In this document: positions 49,701 through 62,045 of the stretch, one piece after another
How positions within the stretch are numbered: the stretch's first letter is position 1
How the letters are laid out: every line of letters starts with the position of its first letter
Source: Chiloscyllium plagiosum
Taxonomy: Eukaryota
DNA: 64,000 nucleotides
NCBI RefSeq assembly: GCF_004010195.1
Contig: NC_057735.1
Coordinates: forward strand, 11,224,441 to 11,288,440
Direction: 5' to 3'
Position numbers and translations under genes: made by a program
Notes under the pieces: model-generated
What the model was told of the DNA's origin: nothing
Seen by the model: the letters and a program-made list of their open reading frames with translations, nothing else
The model's database searches: none

Positions 49701-50657
49701 TATAGTGCATGTTAGCTCTTATCCTCCTCACAAGATTTCCTGAACTCCTTTTCATCTAACCCTATCAATTTCCAACTCCTGCTTTCTTCACATGCTTATC
49801 AAATTCTCTCTCAAATATCACAATGCAACTTGACTCAACTCCTCCCTTCGAAAAAAAATAGAAAATTCAGGAGAAACCTTGTTATCCGAAGAATGTCAGA
49901 AAGTGGAACTTATTGCCATTAGGGGTCCTTGAGACAAATATTGTAAATCCATTCAGAGGGGCAGCTGGATAAGCACAGGAGGATGAAATGAATAGCAAGA
50001 TATATCAATGAGATTGGATGAAAATGGATAGAGGAGGCTCAAGAGGAGAAGGGCTTTTAGCCAAAACATCAACTCTCCTGCTCCTCGGATGCTGCCTGAC
50101 CTGCTCTGCTTTTCCAGCACCACACTTGCAACTCTAATCTCAGCATCTGCAGTCCTCACTTTTGTCTAGTCAAGTGGAGAATTATTTTACTACTGGGTTG
50201 AAATGCTTGTTCTACACTGGAAGTGATTTATAATATCTTCTATTACTGTATATTGATTAAGAATCATCAAGAATTTGCTTTCTCTTCGTAATGACACAAA
50301 TCACTCATTCAAGTGAATGAAAAATATGTTTTTCTTCCATTTTAGGAATTGGTGCCAGTGGAAGAGAACTTGGTATATGCAAACATAAACCACATTCAAA
50401 GGAACACAGCAGAAAGACAGAGAGAGAGAGGAAGCAACTTGAATAATGATGAAATCACCTACACAGCATTGGAATTTCAAAAGAAATCATCATCACTGAG
50501 AGGTGGGCTGGCAATGCACACAGGTGACAACTCAAACAGTGTCACCTACAGTGACCTCAACTTTCCAAACCAGCCGCCAAAGGGGAATAAAAAAGCCCCA
50601 ATGCACAACATCCCTCAAGAATCTGGCAGGGACGTTTATGCTGATATTGCTTTTTAG
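40750..50657 (+). CDS. Gene C: complete inhibitory-type CD300/pIgR-like (MDIR-like) receptor, 414 aa; join(40750..40786,43067..43375,43507..43830,47427..47547,48941..49029,49569..49621,50346..50657)
   Basis: Seven exons total 1245 nt in one open frame with canonical splice sites: signal peptide, V, C2, stalk, TM, CxxC, ITIM tail. Confidence 0.92.
41090..41286. mobile_element. Family A fold-back element in gene C intron 1, with hammerhead motif 41139-41173 (-)
   Basis: Inverted arms; minus strand CAC-CUGAUGA-A-GGAGC-AGU-GCUCU-GAAA-GCUA^-GUG. Confidence 0.7.
43067..43375 (+). CDS. Gene C V-domain exon
   Basis: GALWAEKHVTGILGRTITISCHY…KYWCHGWTRLC…DAGWYRCG…LHISA; donor G|GTACGT. Confidence 0.93.
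43507..43830 (+). CDS. Gene C C2-domain exon
   Basis: 324 nt, paralogue of 5838-6161; donor A|GTAAGT. Confidence 0.92.
44162..44322. mobile_element. Tc1/mariner (pogo/Tigger-like) MITE
   Basis: TA|CAGAGGAACCTCAATTATCTGAA…TTTGGATAATTAAGGGTCCTCTG|TA: imperfect TIRs of about 23 bp with a TA TSD. Confidence 0.8.
45390..47238 (+). mobile_element. Old CR1 LINE predating the A/C duplication
   Basis: Degenerate RT and 3' tail, collinear with 6500-7798 plus 9971-10170. Confidence 0.82.
46092..46408 (+). mobile_element. HE1-like V-SINE nested in CR1
   Basis: Full head and core, (taatg)n tail; absent from the gene A copy at about 7175. Confidence 0.92.
47427..47547 (+). CDS. Gene C stalk exon
   Basis: SEQYTCAVSSTTSPGTAHSPNSSGSSSASLTRLSGNNSHET; donor AC|GTATGA. 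Confidence 0.85.
48941..49029 (+). CDS. Gene C TM exon
   Basis: aatatcccag|T CTG GTT TAC… = LVYVVVGVLGAILVVFGVALLLYLRQINK; donor G|GTGAGT. Confidence 0.92.
49569..49621 (+). CDS. Gene C 53-nt CxxC exon
   Basis: GTLCIMCQQRDKSLNNDQ; tgtttcag|…CAG|GTAAG. Confidence 0.85.
50051..50169 (-). mobile_element. Family B Penelope-derived fragment
   Basis: Imperfect 12-bp TSD tcaagaggagaa/tcaagtggagaa; empty site in gene A at 14822. Confidence 0.75.
50346..50657 (+). CDS. Gene C terminal ITIM exon
   Basis: LVYANI, ITYTAL, VTYSDL, DVYADI, then TAG. Confidence 0.92.
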   Translation, partial: ELVPVEENLVYANINHIQRNTAERQRERGSNLNNDEITYTALEFQKKSSSLRGGLAMHTGDNSNSVTYSDLNFPNQPPKGNKKAPMHNIPQESGRDVYADIAF

Positions 50658-53600
50658 GAAAACCATGATGAGATATTTGTACTGTTCATTTTTCCTTCTT
50701 ACTTTACAATGCAGTTGTATTGAATTTTGCCTGTTGTAAGCTGCCCACACATTTACATTGTCCAACTCCTTAGGATTTGATCCCAACAATTCCATGCTCT
50801 TTCCAGTTTGGTTTCCTCAGCAAATGGAATCAATTTACCTTCAATTCCCAAGTCCGGGTCATTTGTATAAAATAACAAGACTAGAACTCCAAATACCAAG
50901 GTGTTTGTCAACCCAATCAGTCCCCATCTCCCTGTTTCCCCTCTCTAACCTCTGAGTCACAGATTCCAGGTTGGAGCCCCATTCCCAGAGCTAAGTTCAA
51001 AAATCAAACTTGACGTGCTAGCATGGCACTATGGGACCCTAATGATTGTGTGACACAGACCTTGCACATTTTTAAAAAGAGATGCAAAAGTTAAAGTTTT
51101 TGTTCCACTTTCATCAGGACTAAGCCACAAGAAACCAAACTTCAAAAGGGAATATCAATATAAACAGCATGAGAAGGGAGTGCAAATTGTTTGGATAATG
51201 GTTGACATGGAGATGCAGCAGGAACTGTTAACCAGCAAGCTTAACTGATTAAACTCAGACCAGCCAAGTAGGCTCTGATTCGTTCAGGCTGCAATGATTA
51301 GCAAAGTGCATGATTCTCTCCTCAATTAAAGAGGTGAGATGTACGGACATATTCATTTTCCTGGAAAGAACAGGGCCCTCAGTAGTAATATATGTAATTT
51401 CTAGCCTGCACAAATGAATCACACTGCAAGCCCAGTGGATAATCTGAAACTGGGGTTTCCGGTGTGTTTCTGTGCTCAGGTGGAATTGTTCAATATTGTT
51501 CAACAGCAGCATCATGTCTAATGTTGGATATGTCACCCTGGGATTACAGTATGGGCTCGTTAACATGGTTGCCTCACTGCTGGCCTGCAGTGTTGTCTGA
51601 TTTGGGCAGATGTACAGCCTACACACTTGGCATCACAGTAACATTAAAGCTGGTATTCCACAGTGTTTCTGGATTATAACAATTGGGAAATGGGACTGGT
51701 TGGATATTGGGTTGAAGAGGGATTTAACATGTGATTGCTGGAAAAATGTCAAAGGTCAAGTCAAACTGCTTTTTTTGGCTGTGTACTGGAAAAGGAAATA
51801 ATTTTGGGAAGTAGGCAATCTAAAGCTTTTAAAAGAAATTGTATTTGTCTAAATGTCTGAACAAATTTGAAGAGAAATCCTCAGCCTTATCCTGTTGTCT
51901 GAATTCATCTCACCCACAAACCCTCTGCAGAGCTGTGGGCAATGATGTAAAGGTGCCAGTGTTGGACTGGGGTGGACAAAGTCAGAAGTCACACAAACCA
52001 GATTATAGTCAAACAGGTTTACTGAGATCACAAGCTTTTGGAGCAATGGTCCTTCAGGTGAAGTCACCTGATGAAGGAGCAGCGTTCCGAAACCTCTGGG
52101 CACAATCTTCTCTGTCCAGAGGTGGTAGGCATGGGAGGTGGCAAGTGAGCTTTGTTCGCTTGTATGGTGGGGCACCTCACCTAGCCACTTCTCCACCCTG
52201 GGTTGAATTTGTATCACAGCAGGAAAGTCCAAGCTCCAACAACACCAGCCCACCACCAAGTGAGACCCTTAAGTGCCCATTCCGTCCCCAGGTAGGACAC
52301 AAAGAGCGAACGGTGTGTGGGGTGTGGGATGTGTGTCCAATGAGATGTATCTTGTCGAATAAGCAAAATGTATTTATTGCATTTATTGCAACTCTTTAGA
52401 ATTTAGAATAGACTTCACATTTCTTTAAAGAAGGTCGTGAGGTCACCTAGCCTCAGTTGTTACTTCACTCCCTCACCAAGTCATTATGATATATCAGTCA
52501 GTAATGATTCTTGCATTCAATTAAATGTTAACCCTTTCAGACCCTTCCATACCTATATACAACATCTCCCACAGGTTTTGTTTTTGCATCAGTATTATTA
52601 TTATTATGTATTTATTTGCAATTACATTTAGCACTACCCCAGCTCCCTCCAGAATCTTTGACTTGACAAGTTCAGATGCTGAGGAGGGTTTGTTTTGTTA
52701 TTCATTCGTGGGATGTGGGGTTGCTGGCTAGTCAGCATTTATTACCTGTCCCTAGCTGCCCTTGGGATGATGGTGGTGAGCTACCTACTTGAATTACTGC
52801 AGTCCCTGTGCTATAAAAGAGACCCACGATGCCGACAGGAAGGGAATGCCAGGAATTTGACACAGCAACACTGATTGAATGGCGATGATGAGTGGCTTGG
52901 AGGGGAACTTGCAGGTGCTGGTGTTCACATGTATCTGCTGCCCTTGCCCTTGCAGATGGAAGTGGTTGTGAGTTGAGAAGGTGCTGTCTGAAGATCTTTG
53001 GCAAATTTCCAGTGCATCTTGTGGATAGCAAATACTGCTGTGACCGAGTGTTAGTGGTGGAGGGATTGGATGTAAGTGGGCCCTACGTCCTGGATGGTGT
53101 CAAGTTTCTTGAGTGTTGTTGGAGCTGAACACATCCAGGCAAGTGGGGAGCATTCCATCAGATTCCTGCCTTGTGCCTCTGTCTCTAACCAAGTTTGTGC
53201 CTTGTAGCCTATGGGGAGTCAGGAAGTGAGTTAGGGTTACTGCAGTACCTGGAGAAGTGAGGTTGATAAACAGCAGGTCCTGCAAAGCAGAAGGGTCATC
53301 TCAGTTAACCTCGTGGACAGCGGTCTTCCCTGTTTCTTTTCCCTCCACCCGTAGCACCAATGTTTTTGTCTATGTCAGTCTGCATGTGTGTGTGTAGGGA
53401 CTGCATCATAAGGAGGTTAGGGTTTTACTTGGTTGAGTTGAATGTCAACAATTTGTAGTTGTTTATTTGTGGTTAGAATCTATTTATTTGCAATAAATAG
53501 CAACTCCTGTTAAATCTTGTTGAAATAGGCAGGTAATTTGGAGAATTTTTGCATACTTTGATAAAATCTTTCGTTTCTGTGGTGAATCTGGGAGTTGGGA

Positions 53601-55874
53601 TTTTGAGTTTCAGTGTTCTACCTCAGTGAGGCTAGAGATTTCCTTCCAGAATTATGAGAATAGAAAGTGGCTGTCTTAGACTGTCTTTGTTACGGTCTGA
53701 GATCCTTTACGAAACTGGAAAACCTCTCATTTCACGTACTTTTTTTTGTACAAGATGTCCACCCTTTCTTTGCAGCATCTTGACTTTGTAGACATTGCTT
53801 ATCTTTTCTTAATAGTGTCTTCCAGGGAGTTTTATGCACCACATCTCCAATTTGTATCAGTGGATTTTTGTTCTCAATTCACCTGTATATCTGCACCAAA
53901 GCAGACAGACATTTTACTTCAACTTTGTTTCGTTTAGAGGTTCTGTTCATCATCAATGATTAAATTATTGCAGAAATTGTTTGTTTCCATGCTATACAGT
54001 TCTATGACTCCATAAGTCAATTAACTGTCTTCCTTGGTTGTCTTACCTGAAGACTCCTATTTTTTTGAGATGATATCCATTATGTTTGTTGAGACTCTTC
54101 TTTGGAAGTTAAGGAGGTCAGATATTCTACATGACCCTTTCCCTTAGTCTTCACCTCAGAAGCTAACTTGAATTTGCTGTATGTAATTCTTCACGCCGCT
54201 AAGTTGTAATATAACTCAATTCAGTCTCCGTTGTGTCAGTTGTCTGAAGTGGTATGCACTATTCAGTTGTTGCTTCTTCGTTTTCCTTACTTCTTGAACT
54301 TTGCTGTCAATTAGAATTTCAACTCCTTTCAGTGTTGATTGCAGTGGATTCTTTTATTTTGCCAAGCCAGTTTGTCACAATTTTTCATCTAATTGATAGT
54401 ATAAAACAAACTTTTATTCCTGCATAATTAACTTTGGGGGATTCTGCTTTTTTTTTCCTCTTCTCCCCCATGATCTTAAGGAGCCCTCCAAAATCCTCTA
54501 CTGGTTGCTTTTTTTGTGTGTTTTTGACTGGACTTGCCTAGTCCAGCTATTCTTTGACATGTTGGTGTTTAACCATTTTCAGCATAAAAATGAGATTCTG
54601 GTTAAGACACTCCTTTCTGCTCAGATTAAGAATCCCTGTTACCAAACTGTGTTTTCTAATAGTTGTAATACTATAATCTGTGAAGCATCACTGGAGTCGA
54701 AATGTTTATCTCTACAAATGATGCCAGTCCTGCTTTACTTCTTCAGCATTCGCTGTTTTTATTCCAGATTTCCAGCACCTATTTTGTATTTACTTTTCTA
54801 ATATCTGATGTTGCTTATGGTGGAGTGACACAAATAGTATACTTTTAATGCTAGGTGTAAAGTCCCTTAGGCTATGTGGTTATATTCAAATCAGATGTCA
54901 TCAGTGTTTATTCTGCAAAAGCTTGCCATGTCATCAGATTCTGACACTTCCCATTATATGTAACTTGAAATTCACAAGGCTGACAAAAATGTGAGCATGC
55001 CAAATCATTTGGTCAGGTCACCAATCTCTCTGTAGGAAAACTTTGGGTTTATCTTCTACAGCAGAATTTTCGACCTCGTTTACCTCTTTGTTTGGGTAGT
55101 TCTTTGATCATTTGCTTTGTTGTGGCTGCATTGTACTTTGTTATAAATGTTTTTGAAAGAGATGACATTGATTCTAATAGCATTTAGTTTTAAAGCTGGG
55201 TACCAGTTTGTGTTAATGAGGTTTCGCTGCACCACAATGTTGGCAAGGAGTTCACATATCTGCCCCAACCACAGCATTGGCTTATCATGTATCTTTTTTC
55301 TGATTCTGTATATGAAGAGTAGAATGTATTCTGAAGGTCTGACGGATGGAGTTTGATCTTCTCCCCTGAGGATTGATTGGTGTTCACCTGCAATAAAAAT
55401 TCATCAGTAATGACTACAACATTTTGGTTCCTTATGAATTCTAACTTTAAATCAGCATTGTATACTTCTTCACTGATTTGTAGGGGTCATAAACAAATCA
55501 TCAAAGAGTCCCCTGCAGTCTGCATTCTTCCACTAAATCTCAATCTTCCAAAATTTTATTAGTTCCAAGGTGGAAAGATTGTCAAAGGCTTGTAATATCT
55601 CTGCTAATGTGAGTGTTGTTTTTCTTTCTCCCTTTTAGTGAACTATATTATCATTGGTTATAGTCCCATTTTGTTTCCCCTGTAGCACATTCGGTCCATG
55701 CTGGTCAGAAACAAGTTCTAACCATTCTAATCTGATTTTCCACCACTTGGCTCATAGCTTTGTCATTACAAATGCACATCTAAATACTTCTTTAAAATAC
55801 GATAAGTATTCCTGCTTCTACCACCTTTCCAGTTTCCCAGCATCCTCCAGGTGAAAATGGTTTTTCTCCTCTCT

Positions 55875-56155
55875 CAGCACGGTGGCTCAGTGGTTATCAC
55901 TGCTGCCTAACAGCACCAGGAGCCCGGGTTCAATTACGACCTCTGGCAACTGTCTGTGTGGAGTTTGCACATTCTCCCTGTGTCTGCATGGGTTTCCTCC
56001 GGTTTCCTCCCACAGGTTAGGTAAATTGGCCATGCTAAATTGCCCGTAATATTAGGTGCAGGGGAATGGGTCTGGTTGGGTTGCTCTTCGGAGGGTCGGT
56101 GTGGACTTGTTTGGCCAAAGGGCCTGTTTCCACACTGTGACGAACCTAATCTAAT
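55875..56155 (+). mobile_element. HE1-like V-SINE within old minus-strand CR1/L2 remnant (about 55690-56730)
   Basis: Head, core and ctaatcta tail recognisable, with an internal deletion. Confidence 0.8.
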
Positions 56156-57879
56156 TTTTAAACCTTCTATTCCTTCCCTTAAATCTACACCCCGGTCATC
56201 AATCCCTCCATCAAGGAGAAAGAATTCTTCCTGTCTATTTTATCTATACCCCTCAATTTTATGCATCTCAGTCATGTCACCTTTCAATCTACTCTGTTCT
56301 AAGGAAAACAACCCCACTCTGTCCAAACTCTTTTCATAAAAGAAAACTCTCCAGCCCAGGCAATATCTTGGTAAATCCTCACTGCACCCTCTTTCATACT
56401 ATCACATCCCTCCTATGATGTGGATTCCAGATCTGCTCTTCGACTCTGGCCTAGCCAAAGTTTTATACCGCTCCAGAAAAAAAAACCCTGCTCTTAAGCT
56501 TAATACCTCAGCTAATAAAGACAAGTATCCCATAAGGCCTTCTTAACCACTTTATCCAGCTGTCCTGCTATCTTAAGAGACTGGTGTCCTTATATACCAA
56601 GCACCCTCTGATCCTCGGTTCTTCCCAGGATCCTACTGTTCATCATTAATTCTCTTGCCTTGTTTCCTGCCCAAGTGCATCACCTCCCATTTATCCGGAA
56701 TAAATTCCGTTTGCCATTGATCATCCCATCTGAGCAGGATTGAGTGTAGTCACAAATGTTTAAATTTATGACTACATTCAATACTCATAATAATAAGTAT
56801 ATGTTTCTTTTGAAGTCCTCTGAGTTATCATCATGTTAGTCACATTGATTCTGTTAAATTAAATAACATCACATGCTGATCACCATGTTGCCATCATATC
56901 TTGTAAATGTGTGGGTTCTTCAGAGATTTCTGCATGTGTGTGCGTGCGAGAGAGAACGAGAGTATGGCCTAATTCTGGTCTAAAGAAAGAGAGTAAACAA
57001 GATGTAATTTATTGCATTCCTTCAACTATTTACAGATCATATAAATAGACTCAATGTTACGACAAAAACTAGTGGAATTAGCCTGAGGTCTGACACACAC
57101 AAGATCCTGCTCAACCCTCCCATCTCAAAGCATCAAAGTGTGGTAGTGTGTATTGCACTCAGTCAGTTCTAACCCTTACCAGCAATCCCTGGATCTACTG
57201 AGAATTACCCCCAGCACCACATCCCTAATGCTCCATACACCTTCTCTATATTAACCCCATCCTGCAAGACTCCACCTCTCCACTGGATAATATTTTGTAC
57301 TGGGGGGGCCTGGAGATTTGTCATTGCCCTGTAACAGACATGACCTTCCCCGTGGCACTGCCAAATTCAGATGCTGCTGGTCTCTGATTAACCAGGATAT
57401 GCCTCCACTCAGGTCCTAACTCCAGCAGAAAGCCCAGCTTCGCAGACTGTCATGATTTGGAAGTGCCGGTGTTGGACTGGGGTGGACAAAGTTAAAATTA
57501 CACAACACCATGTTGTATTCCAACAGGTTTATTTGGAAACACCAGCTTTTGGAGCGCTGCTCCTGATATCACAAGAATGTGGTACTCTTTCCTGTAAACG
57601 CTCTTATAAAACATGAACTTATTTCAAAACTGGGACATTCCCGACTCTCAGATATTTCTCAACTGTACTTGTTACAGTAAGTTCTATTACTTTCTCTGAT
57701 TGGAAATGAAACTTTCATTTGTGGGAAGCCAATGAAGCAATTTCTGGAAGAGGATTCTGGACTCAGAATCACATGGCAGCCGAGTTAATTCATAAAATTA
57801 ACACATTTAGTAATAAATGCCAAAGACTTTTCATGTCCACTTGACCTAGTTTTTAATAAAAGAAAATCCATTCCGTGTC

Positions 57880-58450
57880 AGGACTAGACGTGGTAAATGC
57901 AGAAAAGGTGTTCCCAATGATCAGAGTATCCAGAACCAGGGTGCAGTCGAACAACAGGACTAGGCCATTTCGGACTCAGATGAGGAGACATGTCATCATC
58001 CAGAGGGTGGAGAGCACTTGAATTCTCTGCCACAGAAAATGGCTGAGATCAAAACATTGAAAGTTGAACCTGAGGGGCAACTTATGTTTAAAAACACAGG
58101 GTGGTACGCATATGGAATTAGCTGCCAGTGGAAGTGGTTGAGGCGGGTACATTAACAACATTTAAAAGGCATTTGGGCAAATACATGGATAGAAAAGGTT
58201 GAGATGGCTATAGGCCAAGTGCAAGGAAATGGGGTTAGCATGGATAGACATTTTGGTCAGAAAGGGCCTGCCTCCGTGCTGTAGAACTCCACAACTCTAA
58301 GGAGTAAGGCATAGTTCTTACGGCTAAAGGGATCCAAGGATATGGGGAGAAAGTGGGAACAGGTTACTGAATTGGATGATCGGCCATGATCATATAGAAT
58401 GATGAAGCATGCTTGAAGGGCTGAATGGCCTATTCCTACTCCTATAATCT
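57880..58450 (+). mobile_element. Degenerate CR1/L2-type LINE 3' ends (nested)
   Basis: cagagggtggagagcacttgaattctctgcc and gaagggctgaatggcctattcctactcctat 3' motifs. Confidence 0.6.
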
Positions 58451-58609
58451 GTATTTTTAAACAAGCGTTTCACTTCAGGGCGAGCTTAAAAATAATGTAA
58501 TGTTGGGGATAGAAAGGTCTAACCGCTGGGAAAGCAGCAAACTAGATGATAGGATGATCTTGGCAGTGGTCCAGGAGCCTCTCGTGCCAAGGCTACCAGG
58601 TAATTGTTT

Positions 58610-60045
58610 GGGATGAAAACAGAAATAGCTGGCAAATCTCAGCAGGTCTGGTAGCATCTGTGGGAAGAAAGCAGAGTTAACGATTTGAGTCAAGTGAAAA
58701 CTGATATCAGCTGGAAAAGTGGTATTTATGCTGAAAGTGAGGTGAGGTGGTGGGATGATGGAAGAGGTGACAGAATAGGAGCCCAGAGAGGAGAGATATG
58801 AAAGAGGGTAGGCAGAATGTTCCCATTTACCACCAGTTCATCTGAGCTCATCCTCACTTTGAACAACGTCTTCTTTAGCTCCTCTCACTTTCTTCAGGTC
58901 AAAGCTGTGGTCACACCCACATGGACCCTAGTTATGCCTGTCCCTTTGTGGGGTATGTGGAACATTCCTTGTCCCAGTCGTACTCTGGCCTCCATGCACA
59001 ACTCCTTCTCCGAAACATTGATGATATCATCACTGCTGTTTCACTCTCTCATCCAGAATTGGAAACGTTGATCAATTTCCACCCAGCCGTCACTTTTGCC
59101 TGGTCCATCTTGGACTCCTCTGTTTCCATTTCTGCGATAGGCTGGTCACCAGTATAAACCCATGGTTACCTTAACTATATATCCTCGAACCATGCTTCCT
59201 ATAAAAACTCTATTCCATTTGCTCAGATTCTCCATCACATCTGTTGCAATGCTTTGACAAAGAGAGCCTCTGAAACGTCCAACTTCCTCCTCAATCTAAG
59301 GATTCCACAGCTGTACGGTTGATAAGGCCCTCAGCCCTATCCAACCCAACTTCTACACTTTTGGCCTCATATCTTCTCTTCCCACAACAATAGGGTCCCC
59401 CTCATCCTCACCTACCATCCCACCAGCATCCACATCCAAAGAATCCTAAGCCACCATTTGTATCACCTCTAACAGGATGCCACCACCAGACACGTGTTCT
59501 CCTCGCTTCCCTTATCAGTATTTTGCAGGGACCGTTCCCTCCACGACACCCTGGTCCACCCCTCCTCCACTCCCAACATCGTCCCTCACCCCAACATCAC
59601 CTTCCCCTGCAGCAGGTGTAACACCTAACAGTTTGCTTCCTCCCTCCTCATGATCCAAAGCCCCAGACACACCTTCCAGGTGAAGCAGTGCTTTCCCTCA
59701 ATCTAGTCTATTCTATGTACTGCTTACAATGTGGTCTCCTCTGCACTGGGGAGATGAAACGTAGACTGGGCAACCACTTTACAGAACACCAATCTTCTAT
59801 CCACAACAATGACTCCAAGCTCCCTGTTGCCTAGCACCTCAACACACCGTGATCTCTGGCCAACGTTTCTGTTACAAGCCTCTACCCCCCCTCCCCATTT
59901 TGCCTTCAGCATAGCCATCACTTTTTTCCAAGCTGCTATCAGTTCTGATGAAGAGCCACTGGATTCAAACCAGTAACTCTGCTTTCTACCCACAGATGCT
60001 GCCGGCAGTTTCTGTTTTTGCTTCAGATCTCCACCATCCACTCCT
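58610..60045 (+). mobile_element. Penelope-like retroelement remnant (RT plus GIY-YIG endonuclease) with inverted terminal repeat (family C)
   Basis: LILTLNNVFF…HFLQVK and MDPSYACPFVGYVE…LRNIDD (RT); NLVY…CLQCGLLCTGEMKRRLGNHFTEH (GIY-YIG-like) at about 59700-59790; degenerate CTGATGA motif at 59945. Confidence 0.85.
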
Positions 60046-60477
60046 TTGTTCCACTTGTCTATGAGGCACAACAGTAGTCTCTCTTTTGTTAAATCGCCAA
60101 TGGAGCCGAAGGTTCATCCTTTATCACTGCTAACAACGGTGGGCACCGATTTTAAAGATTCTTTTAATAGTGTCCGTATCTCTGGGTCAGAAGGTTCATG
60201 TTCAGCCTGTTTCAGAGACATGACTGAACAAGTTGATTAGAAATATTTTCCTTTTTAGAATAAAAAAGAGTATTTGGGGTTTTCAATTTGAGTTTGGGTT
60301 AGTTTGGTTTAATTTGAGTCAATTGTTTTATTTATTTAAATGATAGAAAGGAAGATTGGTGGTTGTCCTGAATAGACACAGCAGTTGTTTCCAGGGATAT
60401 ATCCCACGCAAGAGCCAGAAATGGTCCTTCCTTCCAATTACTTTTAAAGGCCACGAAATCCTTCCAAGGTGTATATA

Positions 60478-60791
60478 TATCATAGAATCCCAACAGTGTG
60501 GAAGCAGGCCCTTCAGCCCAACAAGTCCACACTGACCTCCAAACCACCCAAACCCATTCTCCATTACTCTACATTTCCCCATGCACTCAACCCACACCTC
60601 CCTCTACACTATGGGCAATTTAGCATGGCCAATTCACCTAACCTGCACATCTTTGGACTGTGGGAGGAAACCCACACAGACACGGGGAAAATGTGCAAAC
60701 ACCACACAGACAGTCATCTGAGGCTGGAACCGAACCCTGAGTCCCTGGTGCTGTAAGGCAGCAATGCTAACCATTGAGCCACCATGCTGCC
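60478..60791 (-). mobile_element. HE1-like V-SINE
   Basis: Head, core and tail on the minus strand. Confidence 0.85.
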
Positions 60792-61509
60792 CAGTACATT
60801 GCCCAGCATTTTCAATGTGAACTTTTCTCCTAATTATGTATTTTGGAAATGATATCCTTCATTTTATTTTCTTGTCTATGAGCAGGCATTTTGAATTTTA
60901 TTCTGCACTGGCTGATGCTGACTTTTGCAGTTACCCTGGAGTTCTGAGCTTGTTAGATCGAGGAAAAAATTGAAATAATCCCATTAATAAGGTCCCAGAC
61001 ACTTGTATGGATCAACCTTCAAATTGCTGAGGAATCAGCTCCTTCAAACGCTTATCGAAGTCCAACTATCTTTGCACCACATAGAAGAATTTATGGACAG
61101 TTAGATAACTGCTTCTTATTATTTAGTTAAAATACAAAGGAATTTACATTTGTACAGTGAAAGCAGAAATTGCAACATAATTTTGCAGAACCAGGAAGCT
61201 AATGGTAAACCTCAATGCTTGCGTCTTTGAGGCTATTTTTGAATGCTGAAATATCTCAAACGGTTTTTGTGACATACAAATGGCAAGCATACTGACTTGC
61301 AAAATGCAAGTGTAGGGTTGTTGTACTGAATTGATATTGGATACTGACTGAACCTCAGCTGGAGCATTGCGTACAGTTCTTTAAGCCGAATGTGAATGCA
61401 TTGCACAGAATGCAGAAGAGTTAATGAGAATGTTTCCAGGGATGGGAAGCTTCAGATATGGGGATAGATTGGAGGTGGGGGGATTGGACAGGAGAAGGCT
61501 GAAGGAAAG

Positions 61510-62045
61510 AGAAACAGAAATGGCTGGAGAAACTCAGCGGGACAGGCAGCATCTCCGCAGAGAAAACAGAGTTAACGTTTCGGGTCCAATATCCTGTCTT
61601 CAGAACTGATTGCTGGGAAAAGATTGCTATGTATGCTGAAGATAGGGGGATGAAAGGAAAGAGTAAATGATCAGTGGAGATGGAGCCCAGAGAGAGAGAG
61701 AGAGAGAGGGGGAGCAGCAGTTGGGCTGACAAAAGGGGTGGATAAGTTGGGCAGAAAGTTGGGCAGAAAGCAAAGCTGCCAATGGGGACTATTAGTGGAT
61801 GAACATGGATTGGCTCTATTGAAAGTGTCACATGTGATGAGGTGTGAAGGTAGGTTAAAGACATGGAAGAAGGTGCTCAATTTTTCTAAAACCAGATGAG
61901 AGAGAGAAGCAACACTAGTGATGTCAATGCATCGGAGGAAAGGTTGTGGGTGGGGTCCAGAGTAGGACTGGAACAAGGAACTTTCACCCCAAAGATTCAG
62001 GCATAACTGGGGTCCTGGGCCACTACCCATGGCAACACCATTGAC
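61510..62045 (-). mobile_element. Penelope-like fragment (RT remnant plus terminal repeat with hammerhead motif 61570-61607), inserted in a CR1 remnant (about 61330-62290)
   Basis: SLFQSYSGPHPQPFLRCID RT remnant; minus strand AGUU-CUGAAGA…ACCC-GAAA-CGUU^-AACU. Confidence 0.75.

Noticed and set aside
55080-55390. Minus-strand acceptor (tttttattgcag) followed by two open frames of 65-100 codons
   Set aside because: No recognisable homology and no partner exons found. It would need RNA-seq or TBLASTN support.
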